Source of the DNA: Candidatus Marinacidobacterales bacterium
Lineage (GTDB): Bacteria > Acidobacteriota > Vicinamibacteria > Marinacidobacterales > DATDRI01
Assembly (NCBI GenBank): GCA_965226495.1
Contig: OZ245365.1
Coordinates: forward strand, 1,856,001-1,920,000
DNA: 64,000 nucleotides
Direction: 5' to 3'
Positions 21,299-30,434 of this stretch are shown piece by piece. The position numbers were made by a program, and so were the translations under genes. How positions within the stretch are numbered: the first letter of the stretch is position 1; every line of letters starts with the position of its first letter. Below the pieces are notes generated by a model. It ran no database searches. It saw only the letters and a program-made list of their open reading frames with translations, and was not told the DNA's origin.

Positions 21299-21760
21299 TC
21301 AGAGTTGCTTGGTATAGACGGTCTGGGTTGGAAAGGCAAAATCGAGCCCGGCTTGGTTGAACTCCGTTAGGATCGCCATATTCACATCCGTCGTCGTGCC
21401 CGAGATGTCGGTGCCCGGTTTGATGTAATAGATGAATAGAATGTTCATCGCGAAATCTCCGAAGGCGTTGAAGAACGTGAGTACCTTTTCCTCGAGGTTT
21501 TCGTTCTTGGTTGCGATCGCCTTCAGTAGCGTCATCGCCCGGCTCATCTGGTCCGTCGTCGTGTCATAGGTCAGGCCCAGGTTCAAGACGACCTTCGTTG
21601 AGGGCTCCGCGCTCACGTTTTCGACCGGGGAGTCCGAGAAGGTCGAGTTCGGAATGGTCACGATGCGGCCCTCGAGGGTTTCCAGTCGAGTGCTTCGGAC
21701 TCCGATCTCCCGAATGAAGCCGTCGTAGCCGGCAACCTTCACGCGGTCGTTGAGCGTAAA
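21299..21760 (-). pseudogene. MscS-family channel, cytoplasmic half only (5'-truncated)
   Basis: DRVKVAGYDG..IGVRST..IPNS..FAFPTQ; no TM helices or start upstream. Confidence 0.75.
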
Positions 21761-21866
21761 ATGATTGCGTATGAGACTAGATGCCAGGGCCGTTGCTGAG
21801 GGAGGCTGGATAGGTGCGGGCCAGGGTTTCCCCCGGCCCGCGGTTTCCTACGGACTAACTGTGGGT

Positions 21867-22109
21867 TTAGGCTTTCTTGAGTAGACCAACAATGAAGAGT
21901 AGGGCGCAGGCTCCGACCACGGCCATGATGATGGAACCGAGCGCACCGTATGCCGAAAGGCCGAGTGCGCCAAAAACCCAGCCGCCCACCACTGCGCCTA
22001 CAACTCCCACGACGAGGTTGCCGATGAGCCCGAAACCGGCCCCTTTCATAATCTGGCCAGCGAGCCAGCCAGCGATGATGCCTATGACTGCGAAATAAAT
22101 AAGGTTCAT
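21867..22109 (-). CDS. GlsB/YeaQ/YmgE stress-response membrane protein
   Basis: IGIIAGWLAG..GVVGAVVGG..AVVGA; RBS GGAGG. Confidence 0.9.
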   Translation of the reverse strand: MNLIYFAVIGIIAGWLAGQIMKGAGFGLIGNLVVGVVGAVVGGWVFGALGLSAYGALGSIIMAVVGACALLFIVGLLKKA

Positions 22110-22173
22110 GAATCGTCCCTCCTATAGTGTTCTCGACTGAGAACGAATTGCATTTCTCCTCGTTGCCTGGCGA

Positions 22174-22614
22174 TCAGGCCTGGGGAGGAATGCGAAGCAC
22201 CTGACCCGGATAGATCAGATCTGGGTCTTTTAGCATCGGGCGGTTGGCCTCGAAGATGACAGGGTATTTCATTGCGTCGCCGTACTGCCCCTTGGCGATT
22301 TTCGACAGCGTGTCGCCCTTCTCCACGGTGTAGAAGTTCGCTTTGGGTTCTTTCTTTACTTCGATTTGGTCGTCGACTCGGGCAATTCCCGCTGTGTTGC
22401 CTACTGCCAGAACAACCTTTTCGCGTTCTTGTTGCGATTCCACTTTTCCAGACACCGTGGCGACGTCGCCAGCGATGTCGATCTTGAGCTGTTCGATCTC
22501 GAGTCCCATCTTCCGGACGTAGTTTTCGAGCTTGGCGGAGCTTTCTTGATCCACTTTGGCCTCTCCACCGAAGAGTTTTTCACCTGCACTCTTTACGAAA
22601 TCTATGAGTCCCAC
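22174..22614 (-). CDS. kbp: BON-LysM protein (Kbp/YgaU)
   Basis: GLIDFVKSAGEKLF, BON domain, LysM YTVEKGDTLSKIA..IYPGQVLRIP; GTG start after GGAGG. Confidence 0.9.
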   Translation of the reverse strand: MGLIDFVKSAGEKLFGGEAKVDQESSAKLENYVRKMGLEIEQLKIDIAGDVATVSGKVESQQEREKVVLAVGNTAGIARVDDQIEVKKEPKANFYTVEKGDTLSKIAKGQYGDAMKYPVIFEANRPMLKDPDLIYPGQVLRIPPQA

Positions 22615-22792
22615 TTTGTACCTCCATTGAAGATGCCGGTCTTTTCGCGAGTCCGATGGCTCGCGCGCCCCCCAGTGGGGGAGGCGGGTTATATAGGATA
22701 GTCGGCCTCGCGGCATAGCGACGCCAAGAATGGGCCTCGTTGACTTCCCGCGGGGCTGGTCCTATCATTGATCGAAAGGCGATAAGCTGCCC

Positions 22793-24226
22793 TTGAAGAC
22801 GAAAACGAAGATCCAAACGCCGCCGGCCAAGTCAGGACCTCCTGCCCAGGCGGACATTTGCAACAACATCCTGGCGACGATCGGTAATACACCGCTTATC
22901 CAGCTAAACTCGGTCACCCGTGGCATAAAGGCCACGATCCTTGCGAAAGCGGAGTTCTTGAATCCCGGTGGTTCGGTCAAGGACCGCATCGGGATGGCGA
23001 TCATCGAGGAGGCCGAGCGTCGCGGTGACCTCCGACCGGGCGGCACCATCGTAGAGGCCACGTCGGGTAACACCGGCGTGGGATTAGCGATTGGCGCGGT
23101 CATCAAGGGATACAAGTGTGTTTTCGTCATGCCGGATAAGATGAGTGACGAGAAAATCCGGCTGCTGCATTCTTTTGGTGCCCGGGTCGTCATCACGCCG
23201 ACTGCGGTCGAGCCCGAGGATCCGCGAAGCTACTACTCGGTTTCCCGCAAGATCGCGGACGAGACTCCCAACGCCGTCTACGCGAACCAGTACCACAATC
23301 CGGTGAACCCACAGGTGCACTACCACACAACCGGTCCCGAGATCTGGAAGCAGACCGGTGGCAAGATCGATGTCCTGGTCGTCGGTATGGGCACCGGCGG
23401 TACCATCAGTGGCACCGGGAGGTACTTGAAGGAGCAGAACCCCGAGGTCCAGGTGGTTGGTGCCGATCCGGTAGGCTCCCTGTACTACGAGTACTTCAAG
23501 ACCGGGAAGCTGGGTGCGGCGCACACCTACAAAGTAGAAGGCGTGGGGGAGGACTTCTTACCCTCCACGATGGACTTCGACGTCGTTGACGATGTCGTTC
23601 AAGCGAGCGACCAGGAGTCTTTCTTGATGGCGCGTCGCCTCGTGAAGGAGGAGGCGATGTTCGTCGGTGGGTCCGCGGGAACGGCGGTGGCAGCGGCGCT
23701 GCGCTATTCCAAAGACTTGCCGGCGGGGAAGATGGTGGTAGTCGTGCTTCCCGACTCCGGCTCGCGCTATTTGTCCAAATTCTTCAACGACGACTGGATG
23801 CGGCAGAACCGATTCTTGGAGTCCGATCTAGTGGAGGGGACGGTTCAGGACATTCTGAGAATCAAGCGACTGAGCAAGATCATCGTCGTGTCCCCGCATG
23901 AACGGATGATGGATGTCATCCGCACCATGAAGAAGCACAATATCTCGCAGGTTCCGGTGGTGGACAGGGGCGATCTCAAAGGGATGATCACCGAGGTCGA
24001 TCTCCTGAATCACATGGTGCATGAGGCGCCCCACCAGAAAGACGAGACCATCGCCCCGCTGGTGACGACCGAGCACATGGAAGTCGTCGGGCCGCGAACG
24101 TCACTCGAGGCCCTGGCAGAGATCTTCGCCCGGGGGCACGTTGCCGTCGTTTTGGACAGTCAGGATGTTGTGGGCATCGTCGCCAAGATCGACCTCATCG
24201 ACTTTCTCGCCGCCCACATCAAGTAG
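22793..24226 (+). CDS. cbs: Cystathionine beta-synthase with CBS domains
   Basis: NPGGSVKDR (PLP Lys), EATSGNTG, GTGGT, C-terminal CBS pair. Confidence 0.92.
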   Translation: MKTKTKIQTPPAKSGPPAQADICNNILATIGNTPLIQLNSVTRGIKATILAKAEFLNPGGSVKDRIGMAIIEEAERRGDLRPGGTIVEATSGNTGVGLAIGAVIKGYKCVFVMPDKMSDEKIRLLHSFGARVVITPTAVEPEDPRSYYSVSRKIADETPNAVYANQYHNPVNPQVHYHTTGPEIWKQTGGKIDVLVVGMGTGGTISGTGRYLKEQNPEVQVVGADPVGSLYYEYFKTGKLGAAHTYKVEGVGEDFLPSTMDFDVVDDVVQASDQESFLMARRLVKEEAMFVGGSAGTAVAAALRYSKDLPAGKMVVVVLPDSGSRYLSKFFNDDWMRQNRFLESDLVEGTVQDILRIKRLSKIIVVSPHERMMDVIRTMKKHNISQVPVVDRGDLKGMITEVDLLNHMVHEAPHQKDETIAPLVTTEHMEVVGPRTSLEALAEIFARGHVAVVLDSQDVVGIVAKIDLIDFLAAHIK

Positions 24227-24227
24227 C

Positions 24228-25256
24228 TCAGTCCAACCAGATCGTCTGCACTAATTCGGATAGCGGGACGTCTTTCTTCGACGAGAGTAAGAGGAAGCTC
24301 CCCACCTTTCCCTTGGCACCTTTCTCGTCGAGAAACGTACCGCAGTTCCAAACACTGAGTGCCTGTTCGCGAGGGCGAGCGATTGTCGCCTCGCCGGCTC
24401 GATGCGTGTGGCCGAAGACAAATCCGTCCACTCTACGTCCTCGGCAGCAGAATCGGGTGTAGGCGAGGATGTTTTGTTTGAGGCCACGATCGATAGGGCG
24501 TCCCCGCGCCCTGGCTCCGGTCAACTCGTTGAGCTTCGTGATCGCGTGAACCGCACCGACCGCACGCCGATAGATTCCCTGCCTGACCTGGAAATTGACG
24601 GCGCCGCCGTCTACGATGCTTTGGTAGAGTCCTACCCGTCGAAAGAAATATTGACGGGCCTTGGTCACGGCCTTGGTGTCCTTGGGATCGACCTTGTCGA
24701 AGGCGCGTCGCGCGTCGATGCCTAGACCTTGGCTCGCGTCGAGATAGTGCCCGTGGCCTAGAACCAACCGATGCCCGGCTAGACGAAGCTCGAGGTGCGG
24801 GTATCGGACTTCGAAGGAAACGTCGCCGCCGGCGAGGATGCCGCGCAGAAACGGGTCCCGCCAGTGACGATAGAAGCTCACCTTGCCGTGCAATCGCTTC
24901 CCGGTAGCGACCCTGGCCATTAGATACCGTTCGACGGATAGGTAGTCGAAGACTCGGTAGTCGTGATTCCCGGGGATGTAATGAACTTGGCGTGCTTCGG
25001 TCTCGCGGACCAACTCGTTCAGGAATCGGCGGAAACCCACCGAGCGGCGTCCACCGGTTCCCTCGGGAATGCCCTCGATGGCCATCGACCAATTGCCGAT
25101 CTGGAGATCGAGTATGTCTCCGAGGAGGACGACGCGCCGGATCGGCCGATGCGCACGAGCGATCGCGAGAAGTTTCTCGAGATGGCGAGAGTTATGGAGT
25201 AGGGATCGCGGATCTCCGAAGTGCAGATCGGAAAAAACGATGGCTTCTGTGCTCAT
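24228..25256 (-). CDS. Calcineurin-like metallophosphoesterase
   Basis: SDLH, GDILD, GNHD, GHGH, GHTH. Confidence 0.88.
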   Translation of the reverse strand: MSTEAIVFSDLHFGDPRSLLHNSRHLEKLLAIARAHRPIRRVVLLGDILDLQIGNWSMAIEGIPEGTGGRRSVGFRRFLNELVRETEARQVHYIPGNHDYRVFDYLSVERYLMARVATGKRLHGKVSFYRHWRDPFLRGILAGGDVSFEVRYPHLELRLAGHRLVLGHGHYLDASQGLGIDARRAFDKVDPKDTKAVTKARQYFFRRVGLYQSIVDGGAVNFQVRQGIYRRAVGAVHAITKLNELTGARARGRPIDRGLKQNILAYTRFCCRGRRVDGFVFGHTHRAGEATIARPREQALSVWNCGTFLDEKGAKGKVGSFLLLSSKKDVPLSELVQTIWLD

Positions 25257-25272
25257 CGGCGCCCATCGAGGT

Positions 25273-25680
25273 CTACCTTAGTTCCTTCTCGGTATCGAAC
25301 AGCAAACCACTTTGGGATAATCGTCCGATCGCCTGCTGCAGACTCGAGTCACGGTCGGGTTCATCACGAATCATCAGACCGTAGCCGGGCTTCTCTGAAG
25401 ACGGGTCGCGTCGTTCGGCTCCGCTTCGCCAGACCGTGAGGCCACGAAGACTCAAGCGGCCTCCCGCGCCGGTTGGCAAGCCCAAGACCATCTTGACCTC
25501 TTCGCCGACCCACACGTCGGCGTCCAGCGTCAAAAACGCGCCCCGGGGGCTGAGGTTGTGGACGTGACCCGCCTGCCAGTTGCCGGCCGTCTGTACTAAT
25601 ACTGGAATCGGTTCTTTGGCTTCAAAGCGGTATCTTCTTCTAGCCGTTGGATTGGCGCCATGTCCGGAAGAAAGAGTCAC
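25273..25680 (-). CDS. PilZ-domain protein
   Basis: RRRYR and NLSPRGA motifs. Confidence 0.75.
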   Translation of the reverse strand: MTLSSGHGANPTARRRYRFEAKEPIPVLVQTAGNWQAGHVHNLSPRGAFLTLDADVWVGEEVKMVLGLPTGAGGRLSLRGLTVWRSGAERRDPSSEKPGYGLMIRDEPDRDSSLQQAIGRLSQSGLLFDTEKELR

Positions 25681-25778
25681 AGAGATCTCCTCTAATAATC
25701 TGGGTTGGGTTCACTAAGTCTACCGTTTTTCGCGTTGCTAGGCTAGTGGGACGGGCCGGCCAAGTCCATCTGTGATAG

Positions 25779-26156
25779 TTATTTCGTTTTTCGTTTGTAC
25801 TTGACGCCGGGGATCCCTTCGAAGTCCGAGTCCTGGGTCCAGAGGGTGGCTTGGTAGAGGTGAGCGGTGGCCAATATAAGGCTGTCGGCCATTGGCAGTC
25901 GCAAACGGACACCGAGTTTCGCAGCTTTGATCGCCGTCACGGTATCCAGGTCCACGATACGGCCCTGTTGTATGAGCGCGGTCGCCTCAAGCGCAGCACC
26001 TTCATTGCGTTGCTGCAAGACGCGCTTGAAAACTTCGGCGACGCTGATGGTTGGAACGATCAGGTCTTTCGTCGATCGGATCGGGCTTGCAAAGAAGCCA
26101 GCATTGGGGCCATCCGCGAAGTATTCAAGCCAACCGCTAGAATCGACTAGGTTCAC
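25779..26156 (-). CDS. vapC: VapC PIN-domain toxin
   Basis: VDSSGWLEY, ADSLILATA, TQDSDF. Confidence 0.9.
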   Translation of the reverse strand: MNLVDSSGWLEYFADGPNAGFFASPIRSTKDLIVPTISVAEVFKRVLQQRNEGAALEATALIQQGRIVDLDTVTAIKAAKLGVRLRLPMADSLILATAHLYQATLWTQDSDFEGIPGVKYKRKTK

Positions 26157-26359
26157 AAGCGATCTTCATCCCTTTGGACCGTTGTGTCGATTCCCTTGAG
26201 GAATCCGCGCATTTTCCGGAGGTCTTTCACGCGCACCAGCTCGATCCGGCCCTCGAACTCGAACACCTGTACTTTTTCACCCGGTTTGAGCCCCAAGGAT
26301 TCGCGAATCTCCCGCGGTATGACCACTTGATACTTGGGTGAAACCGTTACCGTCGCCAT
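26153..26359 (-). CDS. vapB: AbrB/MazE-type antitoxin
   Basis: TVSPKYQVVIPREIRESLGLKPG; 4-bp overlap with the toxin. Confidence 0.9.
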   Translation of the reverse strand: MATVTVSPKYQVVIPREIRESLGLKPGEKVQVFEFEGRIELVRVKDLRKMRGFLKGIDTTVQRDEDRL

Positions 26360-26430
26360 AGGTATGCTCCGTCCCTTATCGATAATGCACTTGTAATACG
26401 ATATCATGATCGATGGTTCAAGGCAAGACC

Positions 26431-26665
26431 GCCCGTGGGTGTGGGGCCCCACGCGCACTAGCGGGCCGGAGGCCCGTCGGCCGCGAGGAATTGCGAAAGT
26501 GAAGTGGAGCGCGCAAGGGAAGCGGCCGGGTTTTAGGCCCGAGCGCAGCCTTGAGCCGATGCGTAGTCGCGCAGTCGACGGAGCGTCTTGCGTTGGGGGT
26601 GGGGCCCCAACGCAGTTATCGAGGAGCGAGGGGCAGCGCGTGGGGGTGGGGCCCCACGCGCAGTA
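26431..26665. repeat. Cluster of three REP-like palindromes, consensus GCGTGGGGGTGGGGCCCCACGCGCA
   Basis: Copies near 26432, 26589 and 26636; in the second copy the stem changes covary (CGTTGGGG/CCCCAACG). Confidence 0.8.
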
Positions 26666-26674
26666 ACTGGATAA

Positions 26675-28312
26675 CTACATGCGGTTGTACTTGGTGCCGG
26701 CGCCACCTTCGCGCGCCTTCCATCGTGGACCCAGGACGTCGGTAGTCTTGCAATCGACGCAGTTGGAGGCGTTGACGACCAGCTTTCCGCTCTGACGCTC
26801 GTAGACCGACGCAGGACACATGTGCTCGTAGAACTCGGCGACCTCAGGGGGAACGTCGGGAGTGACGTCGAGGTGCGAAGGCATGTCGTCGCGTGTGTTG
26901 TTGCCGGACCGGAAGACACCGTCCAGCTTGCTAAAGGTGAGTTTCCCGTCCGGCTTGCGCTCAGAAGCGGGAACGACGTCTTTCCGTTCAGCCGCGTCTT
27001 CCTCGACGTGGATCTTACCCCCAGGAAAAGCACCCTTGGTGACGGTCATGAGGCCCGCCTTGATGCCTCCGGTGTAGAAACCGGATTTGAAAGCGAGTCG
27101 CATATTTCGAGTGCGGTAGAGATCGTCGTGAATGTAACTCTCTTTGAGGGCGACGTCGAACGCGCTAAGCGCTTTCGACGACGTGTCGTCGGCCTTTAGT
27201 GCCTTGAAGATCGTTCGTGCGGCGAGAATCCCCGACATCATCGCATAGTGAATACCCTTCAACGACGGTACGTCGACGAAACCGGCTGTATCCCCCGCCA
27301 TCAAAAGACCGTCGCCATGAAAGCGTTCCGGGAGCGAATAGTATCCGCCCTCGGGAATCGTCTTCGCTCCCCACTCCAACATCTCGCCACCTTCCAGGTA
27401 GGGTCGAAAAAGCGGATGGGTCTTCAGGCTCTGTAAGAGCTCGTGCACGTCGAGCGAGTGCTCCCGGTAGTCGAGTCCGACGACGATGCCCAGTGAGACC
27501 AAGTTTTCTCCCATCGGGTAGAAGAAGCTGCCGCCGAAGGCGTCGAGGGGAAGTGGCCACCCGAGGGTATGGACGACGGCATCCAAAGGACGCTTTACCT
27601 CCCACAGCTCCTTCACTCCCAGGGCGAAAATCTGTGGATTCGGTGTGCCGATTTGTTGCCAGCCCAAGTAAGCCTGAGTAAGGGGGCCACGCGTTCCCTC
27701 CGAGAGCACGGTGACGCGGGCGGTTACATCGGTGGGGGGGACGAAGGCGCCACCTGGCTGGCCGTCTTTGTTGAGGCCTCCCGGGGTCGTCCGGACGCCT
27801 CGCACGCCCTTACCCTCGACCAGCAGCGAGTCAACGGGGAAGCCGGTGAAAACATTGATCCCGAGCTCGTCTGCCCTCTCCCCAAGCCAGCGCGTGACCT
27901 CGCAAATCGAGGCGACGTAGAATCCGTGGTTCTGCATCGTCGGAGGAGTTGGGAGCCGAAACTGACCGCTTTCCGTCATCAAGTAGACACGTTCTTTTTC
28001 GACCTGAGTGCGGAAAGGGAAGTCCTTGTCCTCGAGCTCGGGGTAAAGCTCGCGAAAGGCAATCGGGTTGACCACCGCGCCGGACAAACAATGATCGCCG
28101 AGGCGCTCCGCCTTTTCCATGACGCCTATCTCGAGCTCGGTGCCGTCCTTCTTGGCGAGGCGCGCCAATTCGATGGCACCGGCCAGGCCCGCGGGTCCGC
28201 CGCCCACGAACACGACGTCCATTGGAACGGCTTCCTCGCCCGGGGCCTCTGCGAGGATCAGTTTGTCCATCGGTAGCTTCGCTTGGTAATCGGCGGGTCT
28301 CAACGTCTTCAT
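26675..28312 (-). CDS. Electron transfer flavoprotein-ubiquinone oxidoreductase
   Basis: GGGPAG FAD motif, LSGAV, GAKTIPEGG, KGIHYAM, C-terminal CPASVY..NCVDCKT. Confidence 0.9.
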   Translation of the reverse strand: MKTLRPADYQAKLPMDKLILAEAPGEEAVPMDVVFVGGGPAGLAGAIELARLAKKDGTELEIGVMEKAERLGDHCLSGAVVNPIAFRELYPELEDKDFPFRTQVEKERVYLMTESGQFRLPTPPTMQNHGFYVASICEVTRWLGERADELGINVFTGFPVDSLLVEGKGVRGVRTTPGGLNKDGQPGGAFVPPTDVTARVTVLSEGTRGPLTQAYLGWQQIGTPNPQIFALGVKELWEVKRPLDAVVHTLGWPLPLDAFGGSFFYPMGENLVSLGIVVGLDYREHSLDVHELLQSLKTHPLFRPYLEGGEMLEWGAKTIPEGGYYSLPERFHGDGLLMAGDTAGFVDVPSLKGIHYAMMSGILAARTIFKALKADDTSSKALSAFDVALKESYIHDDLYRTRNMRLAFKSGFYTGGIKAGLMTVTKGAFPGGKIHVEEDAAERKDVVPASERKPDGKLTFSKLDGVFRSGNNTRDDMPSHLDVTPDVPPEVAEFYEHMCPASVYERQSGKLVVNASNCVDCKTTDVLGPRWKAREGGAGTKYNRM

Positions 28313-28348
28313 TGGATTCTTTTCCGTCCTGCGTCGTGAGGCCGAGAG

Positions 28349-30376
28349 CTATAAGCCGTATAACTCGGGCTTCCACGAGAGCGAAAGCTCGCTGGGCGGG
28401 GCCATGTAACCGAGTAGCGCGGAGGAGGCTACCACGGCGGGGCTTGCAAGAAAACCCTCGCCGCCGAGTCCCATGCGGTTTTGCCAGTTACGGTTGAACG
28501 AGGTGATGGCGCGCTCGCCCGGCTCCAATGCATCGGGACCTTGACCGAAGCAAGGCCCGCACCAGGAATCTCGGATCTGTCCGCCCACCGAACGCAAGAC
28601 GTCCGCAATGGATTCCCCGTTCAGACGAGGCTCCGGATTCTCGATGAGCTTCTTGACACCTCCGGAGCCGGGAAAAATCACGAAGTCCCGCGCCGCCTTT
28701 TTGTGTCCCGCCTCGCGCGCCGCCCGGATCACGAGCGCGGCTTGAAGCAGATCTTCGTAACTGCCGTTGGTGCACGAGCCGATGTAGGCTTTGTCGAACG
28801 AAAGCCGTTCCTTCGCGACTTCGTCGGCCGGAAACGCGTTGCCCGGGCTAAAGGGCTTCGCAATCATGGGCCTGACACTCGATAGGTCGAATTCTTCATC
28901 GATCTCATAGACGGCATCGGTCCCAGGCTGAACGACCGGGTAGGGGAGCTCGATCCCCTTCTCGCGGTACCATGCCAGTGTCGTGTCGTCAGCCGCGAAG
29001 ATGCCGTTTTGAGCCTCGCCTTCCGCCATCATATTGGCGATGGTGTTACGGTAAGCGATGGGAAGCTGCCGGTCCTTGTCTACGAACTCGACGGACATAC
29101 CTTGCGACTGCCCCGCGCCCCAGCGTTCGAGAAGCTTGAGCACGATGTCCTTGCCGCTGACCCAAGGCTGAAGCTCGCCGGTGAAGACGAGGCGTCGCGC
29201 CTTGGCGAGTGTGAAGTAGACGTAACCGGTCGACCAACCGAATCCCAGGGTTGTCGAACCGACACCGATCCCAACCGCGCCGTAGGCTCCGTAAGCGCGG
29301 CTATGTGAGTCGGCTCCCGGTACGAACTGTCCAGGCAGGATCAATCCCTGCTCGGGGAAGTAGAAATGAAAGATGCCGTCACCGGGGGTGGCATAGTAGG
29401 GCCTCTCCATCTCATGCATCTTGGCGAAGGCGCGGCCGATAGACGTTTGTTTGTCGTCGGAGTCCTTGCCGGTGAAGACGAAATGGTCGTTGGCGATGGC
29501 GGCCTGGCGCGGATAAATCGTGTTTCCGTCTGTGATCTGGTTGAACGTGTGGATGGCGAATGGGGCGGTGCCATCCGATGCCGGGAGCAGATCGGCATAG
29601 ACTCGCAAGGTGGCTCCCGGGCGGACCTCGGCGTTCTTGTCGACGCGATGCGCCCAGACGATTTGCTCGGTCGTGGTCAATCGGCGCACGGTGTTGGCAT
29701 CGGGCCACTCGATCACCGGAGGCTGCTCCACCGAACGTCGAAACTCACGTTGGCCTACCGCGAAGATGCCGCCGGTCCGGCGGATCTCGTCTTCCTTTGG
29801 AGTCAACGGATGCGGCTCGTACGTCCGCTGTTGTGTCTCGTTGGTGAGAGCGCGTGTCGTGGGATTGAAGCTGAGAATATCGTCGTCTTGCGCATCTGCG
29901 ACGGCTTCTGGAGATTGGACCACTTGCAGCCCCAGGTTCAACGCGTTGCGACGGAATATGTCACCCATGTTGTTTCCGCAGACCACGACGAGCTCTAGCC
30001 CGACTTCCTCGCCAACGGCCTTCAGTCCGGCCGGGCTCATTTCCCGTGAGGAGCCGATGGCGAAGCGGTCGCCCGCAATAACGAACGTCTCGCCAGTGTG
30101 AACTCTTTCCCGGAAGTCGGGCATCAGGTAACGGAAGGTCCCGACCTTCCATTTCTCGTCCAGCTTGTCGAGACTCTCCGATACGCAGTCTTTGGCGGGA
30201 GTGATTTGGTCGGTATCAATAGCGTCTAGCTTCTTGCCCGGTCGCTTGGCGTCCCAGAAAATGAGGGCTTTTCCCTGGATGAGGGCTCGACCGGCTTCGG
30301 TCGTGGGCTGGCTCGCAGCAGGGAGATCGTCTGCAGTCACGCCGGATTTCAGTTTAGCGGGTTGGATCGTGTGCAA
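28349..30376 (-). CDS. Aconitase-family hydratase, swivel (LeuD-like) domain fused N-terminal to the large domain
   Basis: IDTDQITP, GSSRE, IFRRNALN, then ANDH, DSHS, GSCTNG, CGPCFG, NRNW. Confidence 0.88.
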   Translation of the reverse strand: MHTIQPAKLKSGVTADDLPAASQPTTEAGRALIQGKALIFWDAKRPGKKLDAIDTDQITPAKDCVSESLDKLDEKWKVGTFRYLMPDFRERVHTGETFVIAGDRFAIGSSREMSPAGLKAVGEEVGLELVVVCGNNMGDIFRRNALNLGLQVVQSPEAVADAQDDDILSFNPTTRALTNETQQRTYEPHPLTPKEDEIRRTGGIFAVGQREFRRSVEQPPVIEWPDANTVRRLTTTEQIVWAHRVDKNAEVRPGATLRVYADLLPASDGTAPFAIHTFNQITDGNTIYPRQAAIANDHFVFTGKDSDDKQTSIGRAFAKMHEMERPYYATPGDGIFHFYFPEQGLILPGQFVPGADSHSRAYGAYGAVGIGVGSTTLGFGWSTGYVYFTLAKARRLVFTGELQPWVSGKDIVLKLLERWGAGQSQGMSVEFVDKDRQLPIAYRNTIANMMAEGEAQNGIFAADDTTLAWYREKGIELPYPVVQPGTDAVYEIDEEFDLSSVRPMIAKPFSPGNAFPADEVAKERLSFDKAYIGSCTNGSYEDLLQAALVIRAAREAGHKKAARDFVIFPGSGGVKKLIENPEPRLNGESIADVLRSVGGQIRDSWCGPCFGQGPDALEPGERAITSFNRNWQNRMGLGGEGFLASPAVVASSALLGYMAPPSELSLSWKPELYGL

Positions 30377-30434
30377 GCAGTCGTCCTCCGTTCATCATTA
30401 TACTCGGAGGACTTCCGCGGACGCATCGTGAGTA

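Noticed and set aside
26431-26665. CRISPR array
   Set aside because: Three palindromes with irregular spacing and no cas genes; no repeat-spacer array seen anywhere in the window
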